Shown: positions 1 to 7,493, counted from the first letter of the stretch. The stretch is 41,435 nt of DNA from a virus (IMGVR_UViG_3300015050_000991:1-41435), one strand, 5' to 3'. Notes: generated from the sequence alone by a model not told the origin. Numbers and translations: made by a program.

Positions 1-123
1 AAATACAGGGCCGCTTGCGCCCTTGTCGAGACCTGTCTGAGGGAGGGCTTTACGGCGATTTGGTCGCCCGGTCCCGGAAGTCACCAAGCGACCCATGAAG
101 CGGCGAAACGGTGGCTCAAGCCC
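1..123. repeat. Terminal direct repeat, left copy (circular assembly overlap)
   Basis: Bases 1-123 are identical to 41313-41435, and an ORF reads through the junction in frame. Confidence 0.95.
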
Positions 124-1086
124 GACGGAACCGGGATCAGCTTTGCCGGTTTCCGGTCCATACTCGATCTGGCCAAGGCGTCGGGGATTGAACCGGATTG
201 GAGCGCCTACCGCCCCCGCCAATACCTGCACCACTCGCCCGGCGCTCCGGTTATCCCGACACAGGACCACACCCAAGAGAGCGACCCGGACGGCGACCCC
301 ATCACCATCTGCGTCATCGGGGACGCGCACGACAGCCCGCACATTCGCGACAAGAGCCGGTTCCGTTGGCTGGGCGCGTTCGCTGCTGACCACGGCGTTG
401 ATCGGGTCGTTCAGGTTGGCGACTGGTGGACGATGGATTGCTTCTCGTCACACACCGACCGGGCGACATTCGAGGGCAGGGCCAAGCCGACATTCGACCA
501 AGACCGCGAGAGCTTCCACGAAAGCCAGAAGGCGTTTCAGGATGGGCTAGGGTCTCACAAGCCCAAGAAGGATTGCACGCTCGGCAATCACGAGGTGCGC
601 GCTTGGCGCTATGACAACCAGCACCCGGACGGCGTTTCGCATGGCCAGATGGTTGACGAGGCGTTCGCGCAATGGGGCTTCAGGACGACCCCCTATGGCG
701 AATATCGGTTCATTGGCGGGGTCGGGTTCGTGCACGTCCCATTCAATGGCCTTGGCCGACCGATGGCCCAGACCCAGCGCGTTAACAAGGCGCTGTTCGA
801 TACGATCCACGGGGATGACCATCGCGCCCTTCAGATGACCGACTTTAAATCCGGCCCCTTCCGATCCCCGACGATGTACAGCGCGGCAACGGCGCTTCCC
901 CCCGGCTACATTGAGCAGTTCGCCAACAAGGGCGGCTCAACCTGGCGCTCGGGCGTCTGCCTCGCGACGGTCTGGGGCGGGCACGTCCGCAAGTGGTCTT
1001 TCGAGGAAATGATCCTTATCCGCCGCCGCTACTGGCGCGAGGGCGATGGCCCAAAAACGTTCACCGGATGGAGCGCAGCCGCATGA
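1..1086 (+). CDS. Calcineurin-like metallophosphoesterase, 3' part (starts at ATG 41292 across the junction; about 368 aa in total)
   Basis: Frame 1 is open from base 1. Motifs: CVIGDAHD (DxH), VVQVGDWWTMD (GD), TLGNHE (GNH), FVH, and IHGDDH in place of GHxH. Confidence 0.85.
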   Translation, partial: KYRAACALVETCLREGFTAIWSPGPGSHQATHEAAKRWLKPDGTGISFAGFRSILDLAKASGIEPDWSAYRPRQYLHHSPGAPVIPTQDHTQESDPDGDPITICVIGDAHDSPHIRDKSRFRWLGAFAADHGVDRVVQVGDWWTMDCFSSHTDRATFEGRAKPTFDQDRESFHESQKAFQDGLGSHKPKKDCTLGNHEVRAWRYDNQHPDGVSHGQMVDEAFAQWGFRTTPYGEYRFIGGVGFVHVPFNGLGRPMAQTQRVNKALFDTIHGDDHRALQMTDFKSGPFRSPTMYSAATALPPGYIEQFANKGGSTWRSGVCLATVWGGHVRKWSFEEMILIRRRYWREGDGPKTFTGWSAAA

Positions 1087-1523
1087 CGCCAAGCCCCAAG
1101 ATCATCGACTTCATCAAGGCGTTTGAGAAGTGCAAGCTCAAAGCCTACATGCCGACGCCAAATGACCGGCCAACGCTCGGCTGGGGATCGACCGGCCCCG
1201 ACATCAAGCTGGGCATGACGTGGACCCAAGCGCAGGCTGACGAGCGTTTCGCGGCCGATCTGGCCAAGTTCTCGACCGGTGTTTCGGGCGCCATCGGCCG
1301 CGCACCGACGACCCAGGGCCAGTTCGATGCGCTGGTTTCGTTCGCCTACAACTGCGGCCTCGCGGCGCTCAACAGCTCCACGCTATTGAAGCTGCACAAG
1401 GCCGGGGAGCACGACGCGGCGGCTGGTCAGTTCGGCCGGTGGTCGAAACAGGCTGGCGTCACGCTCAAGGGCCTCACCAAGCGCCGGGCGGCGGAAGCTG
1501 CAATCTATCGGGGCGAGCCATGA
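1083..1523 (+). CDS. Endolysin, GH24 phage lysozyme
   Basis: FEKCKLKAY..PTLGWGST, QGQFDALVSFAYNCG, LKGLTKRRAAE; ATGA overlap with the upstream gene. Confidence 0.93.
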   Translation: MTPSPKIIDFIKAFEKCKLKAYMPTPNDRPTLGWGSTGPDIKLGMTWTQAQADERFAADLAKFSTGVSGAIGRAPTTQGQFDALVSFAYNCGLAALNSSTLLKLHKAGEHDAAAGQFGRWSKQAGVTLKGLTKRRAAEAAIYRGEP

Positions 1524-1615
1524 CCGGCGCCCTGATCTTCATCGCCGGGTTCGTTGCCTGCCTCGCCCTGCTGGTCATGGTTGGCCGGTGGATTATCCGG
1601 GGGATCGTCGGATGA
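1520..1615 (+). CDS. 31-aa single-TM peptide in the lysis cassette
   Basis: MTGALIFIAGFVACLALLVMVGRWIIRGIVG; ATGA-coupled to both neighbours; absent from the ORF track. Confidence 0.6.
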   Translation: MTGALIFIAGFVACLALLVMVGRWIIRGIVG

Positions 1616-1974
1616 GAAAGCTGGAAACCTACATCATCGGCGGGGTGATTGCCGCCGTGGCGCTGCTGTTCGCGTCTCTGACGTTTGATCCTTGGGGACT
1701 GCGAAAGAAGGCCGAGACCAAGGCCGAGACCGCCACCCAGCAAGCCACCGTCGCCACGACCACGACGCAGGCTCTAGACCACGTTGTCAGGTCTGAAATC
1801 ACCGTTCGTCAGGAAGCCGCAGGAGCCGCAGAACATGTCGAAGCTGCCCAAGGTGCCGAAACTACCTTACCGCCCGCTTTTGGGGATGCTGTGCGTGCTG
1901 GGATCGACAGGATGCGCAACGGCTCCGGGTCCGGTCCAGATCATGATCCCGGAAAGCCTGCGAGCGCCCTGTAA
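1612..1974 (+). CDS. Inner-membrane spanin (Rz-like)
   Basis: N-terminal TM helix (YIIGGVIAAVALLFASL) followed by an Ala/Thr-rich helical region; downstream of the endolysin. Confidence 0.7.
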   Translation: MRKLETYIIGGVIAAVALLFASLTFDPWGLRKKAETKAETATQQATVATTTTQALDHVVRSEITVRQEAAGAAEHVEAAQGAETTLPPAFGDAVRAGIDRMRNGSGSGPDHDPGKPASAL

Positions 1975-2146
1975 CCGGGCCGACGTCGGACCCCTCGCCA
2001 CGGTTGGCGATCTGGGCTCACTGGTCATTCGTCAGGAGGCGGCTGTGTCGCTGTGCGATACGCGGCGTGAGGCTGTGGTGGCGATTGTTGACGGCTACAC
2101 CGCTGCGACCAAACCCAAACGATGGTGGCTCCCCTGGATCAGATGA
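1835..2146 (+). CDS. Outer-membrane lipoprotein spanin (Rz1-like), overlapping the i-spanin
   Basis: Signal peptide with lipobox-like LGSTG-C, Pro-rich segment and further Cys residues; overlaps Rz in a different frame. Confidence 0.75.
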   Translation: MSKLPKVPKLPYRPLLGMLCVLGSTGCATAPGPVQIMIPESLRAPCNRADVGPLATVGDLGSLVIRQEAAVSLCDTRREAVVAIVDGYTAATKPKRWWLPWIR

Positions 2147-2198
2147 CCGCCCGATAAGGGCCGCAACCACGACACCCGCTCGCCGGAAACGGCTTGAG

Positions 2199-2426
2199 CT
2201 ACAGCGCGCCGTCATCCTTCGGGGTGGCGGCGCTTTTCGCGTCTGAGATGATCGTTCCATCCCTCAAAACCCTGACGGGCTTATCGACCTTGCATCCGAG
2301 ATCAACGATCTGATCGCCTTCAACTCGGAAGCTGTGAACTCGGTTTGGAAACCGGAAACTGAAAACGCCATCGGGCATGTCGTCCACATGCACCAGCTTC
2401 ATTCCAAAGACGGTCTTATCTTCCAT
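2199..2426 (-). CDS. Hypothetical protein
   Basis: 75-aa ORF with SD (AGGAGA), coupled to the upstream gene. Confidence 0.6.
   Translation of the reverse strand: MEDKTVFGMKLVHVDDMPDGVFSFRFPNRVHSFRVEGDQIVDLGCKVDKPVRVLRDGTIISDAKSAATPKDDGAL
2206..2237 (+). terminator. Rho-independent terminator of the late/lysis transcript
   Basis: GCGCCGTCATCC-TTCG-GGGTGGCGGCGC followed by TTTT. Confidence 0.75.
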
Positions 2427-2575
2427 CAGCTTCTCTCCTGCCTTGCTTCATCCAATATCCGCAACACCTCATCGCGCGCTTCAGCCTCGCTCGGCTCCCG
2501 GCCAAGGCGGGCGGCTAGAACGTTGTAGATCGTGTCGGGGTTGTCGTTGCGGACGGTGTGGGTGATGTGGATCAT
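2426..2575 (-). CDS. Hypothetical protein (49 aa)
   Basis: MIHITHTVRNDNPDTIYNVLAARLGREPS...; ATGA overlap with 2572-2760. Confidence 0.6.
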   Translation of the reverse strand: MIHITHTVRNDNPDTIYNVLAARLGREPSEAEARDEVLRILDEARQERS

Positions 2576-2760
2576 GGGTTGGCTTCGGCCGACAGGAACT
2601 TGTCCAGACGCCACATGAGGTCGTCAAGCTCCTCGTTGGTCGCGTTTGGCCCGCCCTCGACCCGGATCATGAGCCGGTTCTGCTCGACAGGTTCGCCCTT
2701 GCGCCAGCCAATTTGCTCCAGCGTGTAGAGCAGCCGATCAGTTCGTTTCCATTCAGCCAT
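2572..2760 (-). CDS. Hypothetical protein
   Basis: 62-aa ORF with a purine-rich upstream sequence; part of a coupled leftward cluster. Confidence 0.65.
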   Translation of the reverse strand: MAEWKRTDRLLYTLEQIGWRKGEPVEQNRLMIRVEGGPNATNEELDDLMWRLDKFLSAEANP

Positions 2761-2805
2761 GTTGTGTCTCTCTCTATCCCTGCGGCCTATGCCGGTTGGA
2801 GGGGG

Positions 2806-3021
2806 TTAGGCGACGCGCTCTAACGGGTAAGGCAGGCTAGCGCCGTCAACCGTGCGCCAGTGCGTCGGAGTATAATAGACGTACATATCGCCCCGCTCCG
2901 TCCAGAACAGGTTGTTAGACCGTCGCAGCTTGGCGAAGTTCCTTGCGCCGTCCTTGTCGTCGATCTTGGTTTCGACCAAGACGCCATTTGGGCAAAACGC
3001 CATTTGTTGCCATTCGCTCAT
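2806..3021 (-). CDS. Hypothetical protein (DUF551-like W..PTHWR pattern)
   Basis: MSEWQQM...YYTPTHWR; SD GGAG. Confidence 0.65.
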   Translation of the reverse strand: MSEWQQMAFCPNGVLVETKIDDKDGARNFAKLRRSNNLFWTERGDMYVYYTPTHWRTVDGASLPYPLERVA

Positions 3022-3066
3022 CTCTATCTCCTGCCTCCCAGAGGGGGTTGGGGTTGGGGTTGGGGG

Positions 3067-3381
3067 TTAAAAGCCGCGTTCGCTCGGCTTGCGCGGAACA
3101 TCGCCCGGCAGCAGATGGCTAACCTGCACTGAGCAGCCGTCGCGGGTGACGAAAAACATCGACCTCGACTTATAGAGCGCCGCAATGTCCGCGTGCGTAA
3201 CCTCGTCTAATTCCAGGCCGAAATCGTCGGCCTCCACCATCGCCTGAGCCTGCGCCCTAGCGGCTTCAAGGCTGTCCGCTTCAATGGTGAGGTGGATTTC
3301 GCCGCGCACGTCGAACCGCACGGAATACTCACGCGGACGGTCATTGACGCAAAAGTCGGCGGGGTTTGGCGCTTCGCTCAT
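3067..3381 (-). CDS. Hypothetical protein
   Basis: MSEAPNPADF...IEADSLEAARAQA; AGGA upstream. Confidence 0.65.
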   Translation of the reverse strand: MSEAPNPADFCVNDRPREYSVRFDVRGEIHLTIEADSLEAARAQAQAMVEADDFGLELDEVTHADIAALYKSRSMFFVTRDGCSVQVSHLLPGDVPRKPSERGF

Positions 3382-3469
3382 CGTCTCAATCCTGTCTGTT
3401 GGTCTTCGGATCACCCGGCGCGGGGAGGGTGCGCTGGGAAACCGGAAATCCATCCGAGGGGCCGGTGGT

Positions 3470-3487
3470 TTAGCCGCCGCTGTTCAT
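3470..3487 (-). other. Minigene MNSGG* with strong SD
   Basis: Minus strand reads ACAGGAGGCGACC-ATG AAC AGC GGC GGC TAA. Confidence 0.45.
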
Positions 3488-3603
3488 GGTCGCCTCCTGT
3501 GTGGTCAGGGTCGGTTCAGTGGTTAAAGTCTCACACAAACTGCATGAGATTGCAAGCGTCATTCTCACTTGTTTGCCGTGATGTTTTGTGCGAAATACAG
3601 AGC

Positions 3604-3792
3604 ATGGAAGAAACACGCTGGCGCAAATACCTGACCGACGCAGAGCGGGCGCGGCTCGAAAAGATCGACGCCAAGATTGCCCGCGCCGCCGCTAGCGTTT
3701 CGGAGCTTAAGAGCGAAAAGCAGGCGCTCGCCAACCGCTGCGCCCAGCGCGCCAGGTATGCCGAACGCAAGCGCCCAGACGGAGGGGAGTGA
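3604..3792 (+). CDS. Small basic coiled-coil protein, possible regulator of the divergent island
   Basis: MEETRWRKYLTDAERARLEKIDAKIARA...; divergent from the 2199-3487 cluster. Confidence 0.6.
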   Translation: MEETRWRKYLTDAERARLEKIDAKIARAAASVSELKSEKQALANRCAQRARYAERKRPDGGE

Positions 3793-3962
3793 TGGAGTGG
3801 ATGCCGATAGAGACCGCAAAGGATCTCGATATCGTCCTAGCGTGGCATCCGCTGTGGAAGCACCCTATGGCCGGTAAGGTTTTGGGTAACGGCTTGGTCT
3901 GGCTTGAAGGGCTTGGCGACTACAACGCGCGCTATTGGATGCCACTACCGCCGCCACCCTAG
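3792..3962 (+). CDS. DUF551-like phage protein (56 aa)
   Basis: MEWMPIETAKD...YWMPLPPPP, typical WxPIETAP...WMPLP pattern; SD GGAGGGG; absent from the ORF track. Confidence 0.75.
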   Translation: MEWMPIETAKDLDIVLAWHPLWKHPMAGKVLGNGLVWLEGLGDYNARYWMPLPPPP

Positions 3963-4083
3963 CGTCTCGCCCCTGATACGCCCCAGTATCCCGACAACGC
4001 AACGCGAACAGATCCCGCCGAAACCCCCTGACCACTGGCCCCAACCCCTTGATCCCCAAGGCCCGGCCGGGTGGCGTGTTCGT

Positions 4084-4662
4084 TTACACGGAGAGGGTCG
4101 ACCGAGGGCCGGGGAAGTGCGGCCGCAACGGGACGTTGCCCCACGACTTGCCAAGGCCAATCCGGCTGATCAGCGAATGAGACACGTTGTAGCGCCGGGC
4201 GATGCACTGGTTGGACTCGCCCTGCACAATGCAGCGCTTGATCCTTTCGACCTGTTCTGCGGTTAGCTTCGCGGCGCCATTGTTCTCCCCGCGCTGATCG
4301 CGGACCCCGCGCCGCCCCTTGGCCGCCGTGTCGGCATTGTTGTCCTTAGCCGTGCCGAGGAAGAAGTGCAGCGGGTTCACGCACGATGGATTGTCGCAGC
4401 GATGGCAGACCATCAGCTCGCCCGGCGAGACGTCATTGAACAAGGCGTAGGAGACGCGGTGCGCGCCCCTGCTTATGTCGCTCCTGAGTTTGAATGAGCC
4501 ATACCCGCGACCGGGGCCATTGGCCTTCTTGGCCCCGATCCACGTCCAGCAAGCATCTGGTTCCGCACCTGGCGACACCTTGGCCCAGAACCTCGCCGCA
4601 ACGTCTTCCCGCCATTTTGGCCGAGTGAGCATGATGGCGATGAAATCGAACGGTTGGCTCAT
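4084..4662 (-). CDS. HNH homing-type endonuclease with C-terminal HTH-like tail
   Basis: RFWAKV..CWTWIGA..GYG..AHRVSY..VCHRCDNPSCVNPLH..GTAKDNNAD; GENNGAAKLT. Confidence 0.9.
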   Translation of the reverse strand: MSQPFDFIAIMLTRPKWREDVAARFWAKVSPGAEPDACWTWIGAKKANGPGRGYGSFKLRSDISRGAHRVSYALFNDVSPGELMVCHRCDNPSCVNPLHFFLGTAKDNNADTAAKGRRGVRDQRGENNGAAKLTAEQVERIKRCIVQGESNQCIARRYNVSHSLISRIGLGKSWGNVPLRPHFPGPRSTLSV

Positions 4663-4681
4663 TGTCGGTATCGCTCGCAGC

Positions 4682-4872
4682 GGGGACGATATCTGGGACA
4701 ATTGAGAGGATGTCCGAGGGTCTCAGAGGACCGACTTCAGCCGGGCCTTGACGACAGACCCTCTCCGGTCCTCTTACGTTCCCAAATGGGTGCTTCGAGT
4801 CCTCTCATCCGCACCAAATTTGTCAAGTGATATCAATCACCGGTAACGACATTGGGACAATTCGGGGACGAT
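4682..4872 (+). mobile_element. attP: core 4794-4816 equals a tRNA 3' end (probably tRNA-Leu), flanked by integrase arm-type repeats
   Basis: TTCGAGT-CCTCT-CATCCGC-A-CCA is a T-loop, T-stem half, acceptor half and CCA. GGGGACGAT/TGGGACAATT pairs at 4682-4703 and 4853-4872. Lies just downstream of the integrase. Confidence 0.85.
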
Positions 4873-5996
4873 TGAGGGCGGTGTAGCGCCGCCATCTTGG
4901 CCGCTTCCCGCCCGGCGTCGGCTGAGTCGATCCACCTCGAATAGACGGTAAAAAGCATCGCCGTGTTCGCGTGGCCCATCTGGCGAGCGATATAGGCAGG
5001 ATTTATCCCGCCCATGAGGTTCGTGGTGGCGAATGTGTGGCGGGTCTGCACCGCGCCCCGGTGACGGATGCCAAGGCGCTTGAGGGTAGGGGTGAAGTAC
5101 GTCACCCGTTGGTACTCGTCGGTGGCCCACGGCTGGCCTGTCGCGGGGTTGGCGAAGATCGGGCTATCTAGGCCCTTCATGAACGTAAAGGGCTTCATGG
5201 CTACCAGGGCCTCCATCGCGCGAGGGGTAACGTCAACGTCGCGTATCGTCCCGGTCTTGGTTCCCTTCTCGCGGCTATAGGTCTTGGCCGTGTCGATGCG
5301 GACCTGAGACCGCGCCCAATCGACCTTCCCCCATTTCAAGGCGATCAGCTCGCTCGGCCGCAATCCGGCGAGGAAGGCAAACTCAAAATAGGCCCAGACC
5401 TGAACCGGCGCCCTTTCCTTCAGATCAGCCAATATGGCTTCCATTTCGTCGGCGGTAAACGGATCTGGCGTCGGCTTCTGGTGCTTTAGGTTTTTGATCT
5501 TGGCGGCTGGGTTGACGACCATCAGCCCATCATCGACCGCCGCCTCTAGCGCCTGGCGCAGCGGGATCAGATCATTGTTGACGGTCTTGCCGGTGACGAC
5601 CTTAGACCGGCTCGCCAGCACGGTTTTGATATCGGTCGGCAGGACGCGGGGTAGCAGCTTGTCGCCTAGTGCCGGTATCCAGACATTGCGGATGGCGGCT
5701 TGGTAGTGCTTCAGCGTCCCGTGCTCGACCGTCAGGGTTGCCAGCCACTTTTCGGCATAGTCCCCAAAGGTCTGGTTTGCAGGGGCCTTAGAGGCGCTTT
5801 CGAAGAAATCCTCACGTCGGTATATTCCCGCCCCGATAGCGGCCTGTATGCGGCCCAGAAGGCGTTCAGCGGCTTTGATGTTGGCTGGCGTCGGGGCAAG
5901 GTCTAGCCCCTCCACCTGCCGCGTTCCAAGGTGGGTGAACTTTAGGCGGATGCTGCTCGCGCGCGGCTCGACGGTTCCAGTTGGCCTTCGACCCAT
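4833..5996 (-). CDS. int: Tyrosine integrase with N-terminal arm-binding domain
   Basis: AGLRPSELIALKW (R), K in KGTKT, QTRHTFAT (HxxR-like), QMGH and VYSRW (catalytic Y). Confidence 0.95.
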   Translation of the reverse strand: MGRRPTGTVEPRASSIRLKFTHLGTRQVEGLDLAPTPANIKAAERLLGRIQAAIGAGIYRREDFFESASKAPANQTFGDYAEKWLATLTVEHGTLKHYQAAIRNVWIPALGDKLLPRVLPTDIKTVLASRSKVVTGKTVNNDLIPLRQALEAAVDDGLMVVNPAAKIKNLKHQKPTPDPFTADEMEAILADLKERAPVQVWAYFEFAFLAGLRPSELIALKWGKVDWARSQVRIDTAKTYSREKGTKTGTIRDVDVTPRAMEALVAMKPFTFMKGLDSPIFANPATGQPWATDEYQRVTYFTPTLKRLGIRHRGAVQTRHTFATTNLMGGINPAYIARQMGHANTAMLFTVYSRWIDSADAGREAAKMAALHRPQSSPNCPNVVTGD

Positions 5997-6157
5997 TTCT
6001 CGTAGCCTATCGTATCGACCAAGACCCGCCCGTCTGGCGCGCGGCGATACTGCCGATTTTCCAGCCAGACGCCACGGGCGATCTTCACCTCGATAGCTTT
6101 TGTCGAATAGCCGCTCAGTTCCGCGAACTTCGGAATGGTCAGGTAGCGGGCGCTCAA
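5942..6157 (-). CDS. xis: Excisionase
   Basis: YLTIPKFAELSGYSTKAIEVKIARGVW..RRAPDGRVLVD..GYEKWVE; overlaps the int start. Confidence 0.85.
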   Translation of the reverse strand: MSARYLTIPKFAELSGYSTKAIEVKIARGVWLENRQYRRAPDGRVLVDTIGYEKWVEGQLEPSSRARAASA

Positions 6158-6495
6158 GTCTCCCCCCTCCCTATAAATGGCGGGGCGGGTTCCTGTGATT
6201 GTAGGGCCTCAAGCAGTGCGACGCAGAGCGACAAAGCTGGCGTTGGCGCGTCAAACCACCATATCGGGTTCGTGGCGGCGCTATAACGCTGAGCAGCACT
6301 ATCGTACCCGACCTCCCATTCGCACCCCGGCAGCTTCTCCCCTATCAGGGCGACAATGGCGTCTAGGGAGGTTGTGTAGCCTGGAACCGTGAGGCCGATC
6401 ATGGACATGGACAGCCCGGCCTCGCGCATGACGGCGATGTCCAGCTCCCGCGATCCAGCTTCCGCCTCCCGAAGGCGCTTGATTAGGCTATCCAT
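6154..6495 (-). CDS. Phage protein, ABA-sandwich-like
   Basis: SRELDIAV...PGYTTSLDAIVAL...TPALSLCVALL pattern. Confidence 0.65.
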   Translation of the reverse strand: MDSLIKRLREAEAGSRELDIAVMREAGLSMSMIGLTVPGYTTSLDAIVALIGEKLPGCEWEVGYDSAAQRYSAATNPIWWFDAPTPALSLCVALLEALQSQEPAPPFIGRGET

Positions 6496-6763
6496 TGGTC
6501 TTCCCCATCATAAACGGAAGGGCTGCGGTTAGGGCGGCTCGGGCGTCTTCTGGCGTGATGCTGCCCGTCCAATGAAGTGACCGAGCCGCCGCCTCTACAG
6601 CCTCATCCGTCACGGCTGGCTGAAGGGCGGATAGGATGGTGTCGGCCTTGGCGAGCGATGCGTCGCGGCGAGCCTGACGAGCGATCCAAGTCAGGTCGCC
6701 TTCGCCAGACCAAGCGCCTTGATCGACAATCCGCGCCACCACATCACGGGGGTTTGTGCTCAT
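6488..6763 (-). CDS. Hypothetical protein
   Basis: VTDEAVEAAAR..ARAALTAAL, a common phage early-gene motif; coupled. Confidence 0.7.
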   Translation of the reverse strand: MSTNPRDVVARIVDQGAWSGEGDLTWIARQARRDASLAKADTILSALQPAVTDEAVEAAARSLHWTGSITPEDARAALTAALPFMMGKTNG

Positions 6764-7044
6764 GGCTGATCTCCGGTGAGGGCGGCGGCAAGCTCGGCTG
6801 CGGTGAAGTACGGGTGCTTTCCTTTATCGATGCCGTGCACGATGCTTACCGCCCTGATCATCCACGGATAGAACCGCACTGGGTTTTCGCCGCGCTCCCG
6901 TAGCCCTTCCATGAGGGCCGCCATCGTCAGTGGAAACGGCAGGCCGAGAACGTCGGCTATTGCCCGCCCGGCGTCGCTGTGGCCGCCTTGGCAATGTTGG
7001 CCAGCCAGAAACAGGGCCTCAACTTCCTTGGTAAGCTTCCCCAT
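6760..7044 (-). CDS. Hypothetical protein
   Basis: Coupled ORF in the leftward operon. Confidence 0.7.
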   Translation of the reverse strand: MGKLTKEVEALFLAGQHCQGGHSDAGRAIADVLGLPFPLTMAALMEGLRERGENPVRFYPWMIRAVSIVHGIDKGKHPYFTAAELAAALTGDQP

Positions 7045-7493
7045 CACGCCTCTCCCGCACTAGAAGGGGGAGGGGCGGCGTCCATCTCATCGCATCGGGC
7101 CTGGTATGCAGCCAAGGCGGCGGGGAGATCGGTTAGCGGGGTCGGCTTCAGCCTCTCGCCCGCCCCTTGAGCCAAAGCGGCGGTTCTCGGGTCCTTGCGC
7201 AGGCGAGCCTCGATGTCCTCGTAAGCGAGGCTTCCGGGGTTCAACGTGTCGTCCCATGCGTTGATGACGGCTGCGATGACTTCGCGGGTCAGAAGCCCCT
7301 CAGAGACGACAGCCTGTTGGGTGGGGACGGCGGCGCGTGCGGCGTTGAGGAGGCGGTTTAACGTCGATGGGTATTCCTCGGCCCAATTGAGGCCGGGATT
7401 TCCGCCGTGGGCCTGGATCAGCGTCCGGTTTGCAGCCGACAAGCCGTCCCGCGTCTCCCCGGCGTTATCGGTGGGGGTGGTGGAGTTAGTCAT
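7044..7493 (-). CDS. Hypothetical protein
   Basis: Start at MTNSTTPTD; overlaps the neighbours' stop/start codons. Confidence 0.6.
   Translation of the reverse strand: MTNSTTPTDNAGETRDGLSAANRTLIQAHGGNPGLNWAEEYPSTLNRLLNAARAAVPTQQAVVSEGLLTREVIAAVINAWDDTLNPGSLAYEDIEARLRKDPRTAALAQGAGERLKPTPLTDLPAALAAYQARCDEMDAAPPPSSAGEA

Noticed and set aside
1-123. Biological terminal repeat (T7-like DTR)
   Set aside because: It falls inside a coding sequence and looks like an assembler overlap; true termini cannot be inferred without reads.
95-550. 151-aa ORF and the 433 start in the ORF track
   Set aside because: The first is a shadow frame; the second truncates a gene that begins at 41292.
2150-2199. boxB-like GCCC-GATAA-GGGC and adjacent GAAA hairpin as a nut site or ribozyme
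   Set aside because: Stems are short, no boxA or ribozyme core is recognisable, and the location just before a terminator gives no support.
4084-4662. Group I intron or IscB/HEARO element around the HNH
   Set aside because: No interrupted host gene, no recognisable intron core and no RuvC motifs; the protein looks like a free-standing phage HNH.
4780-4816. Complete tRNA gene
   Set aside because: Only the T-loop to CCA is present, with no D or anticodon arm; treated as the attP core.
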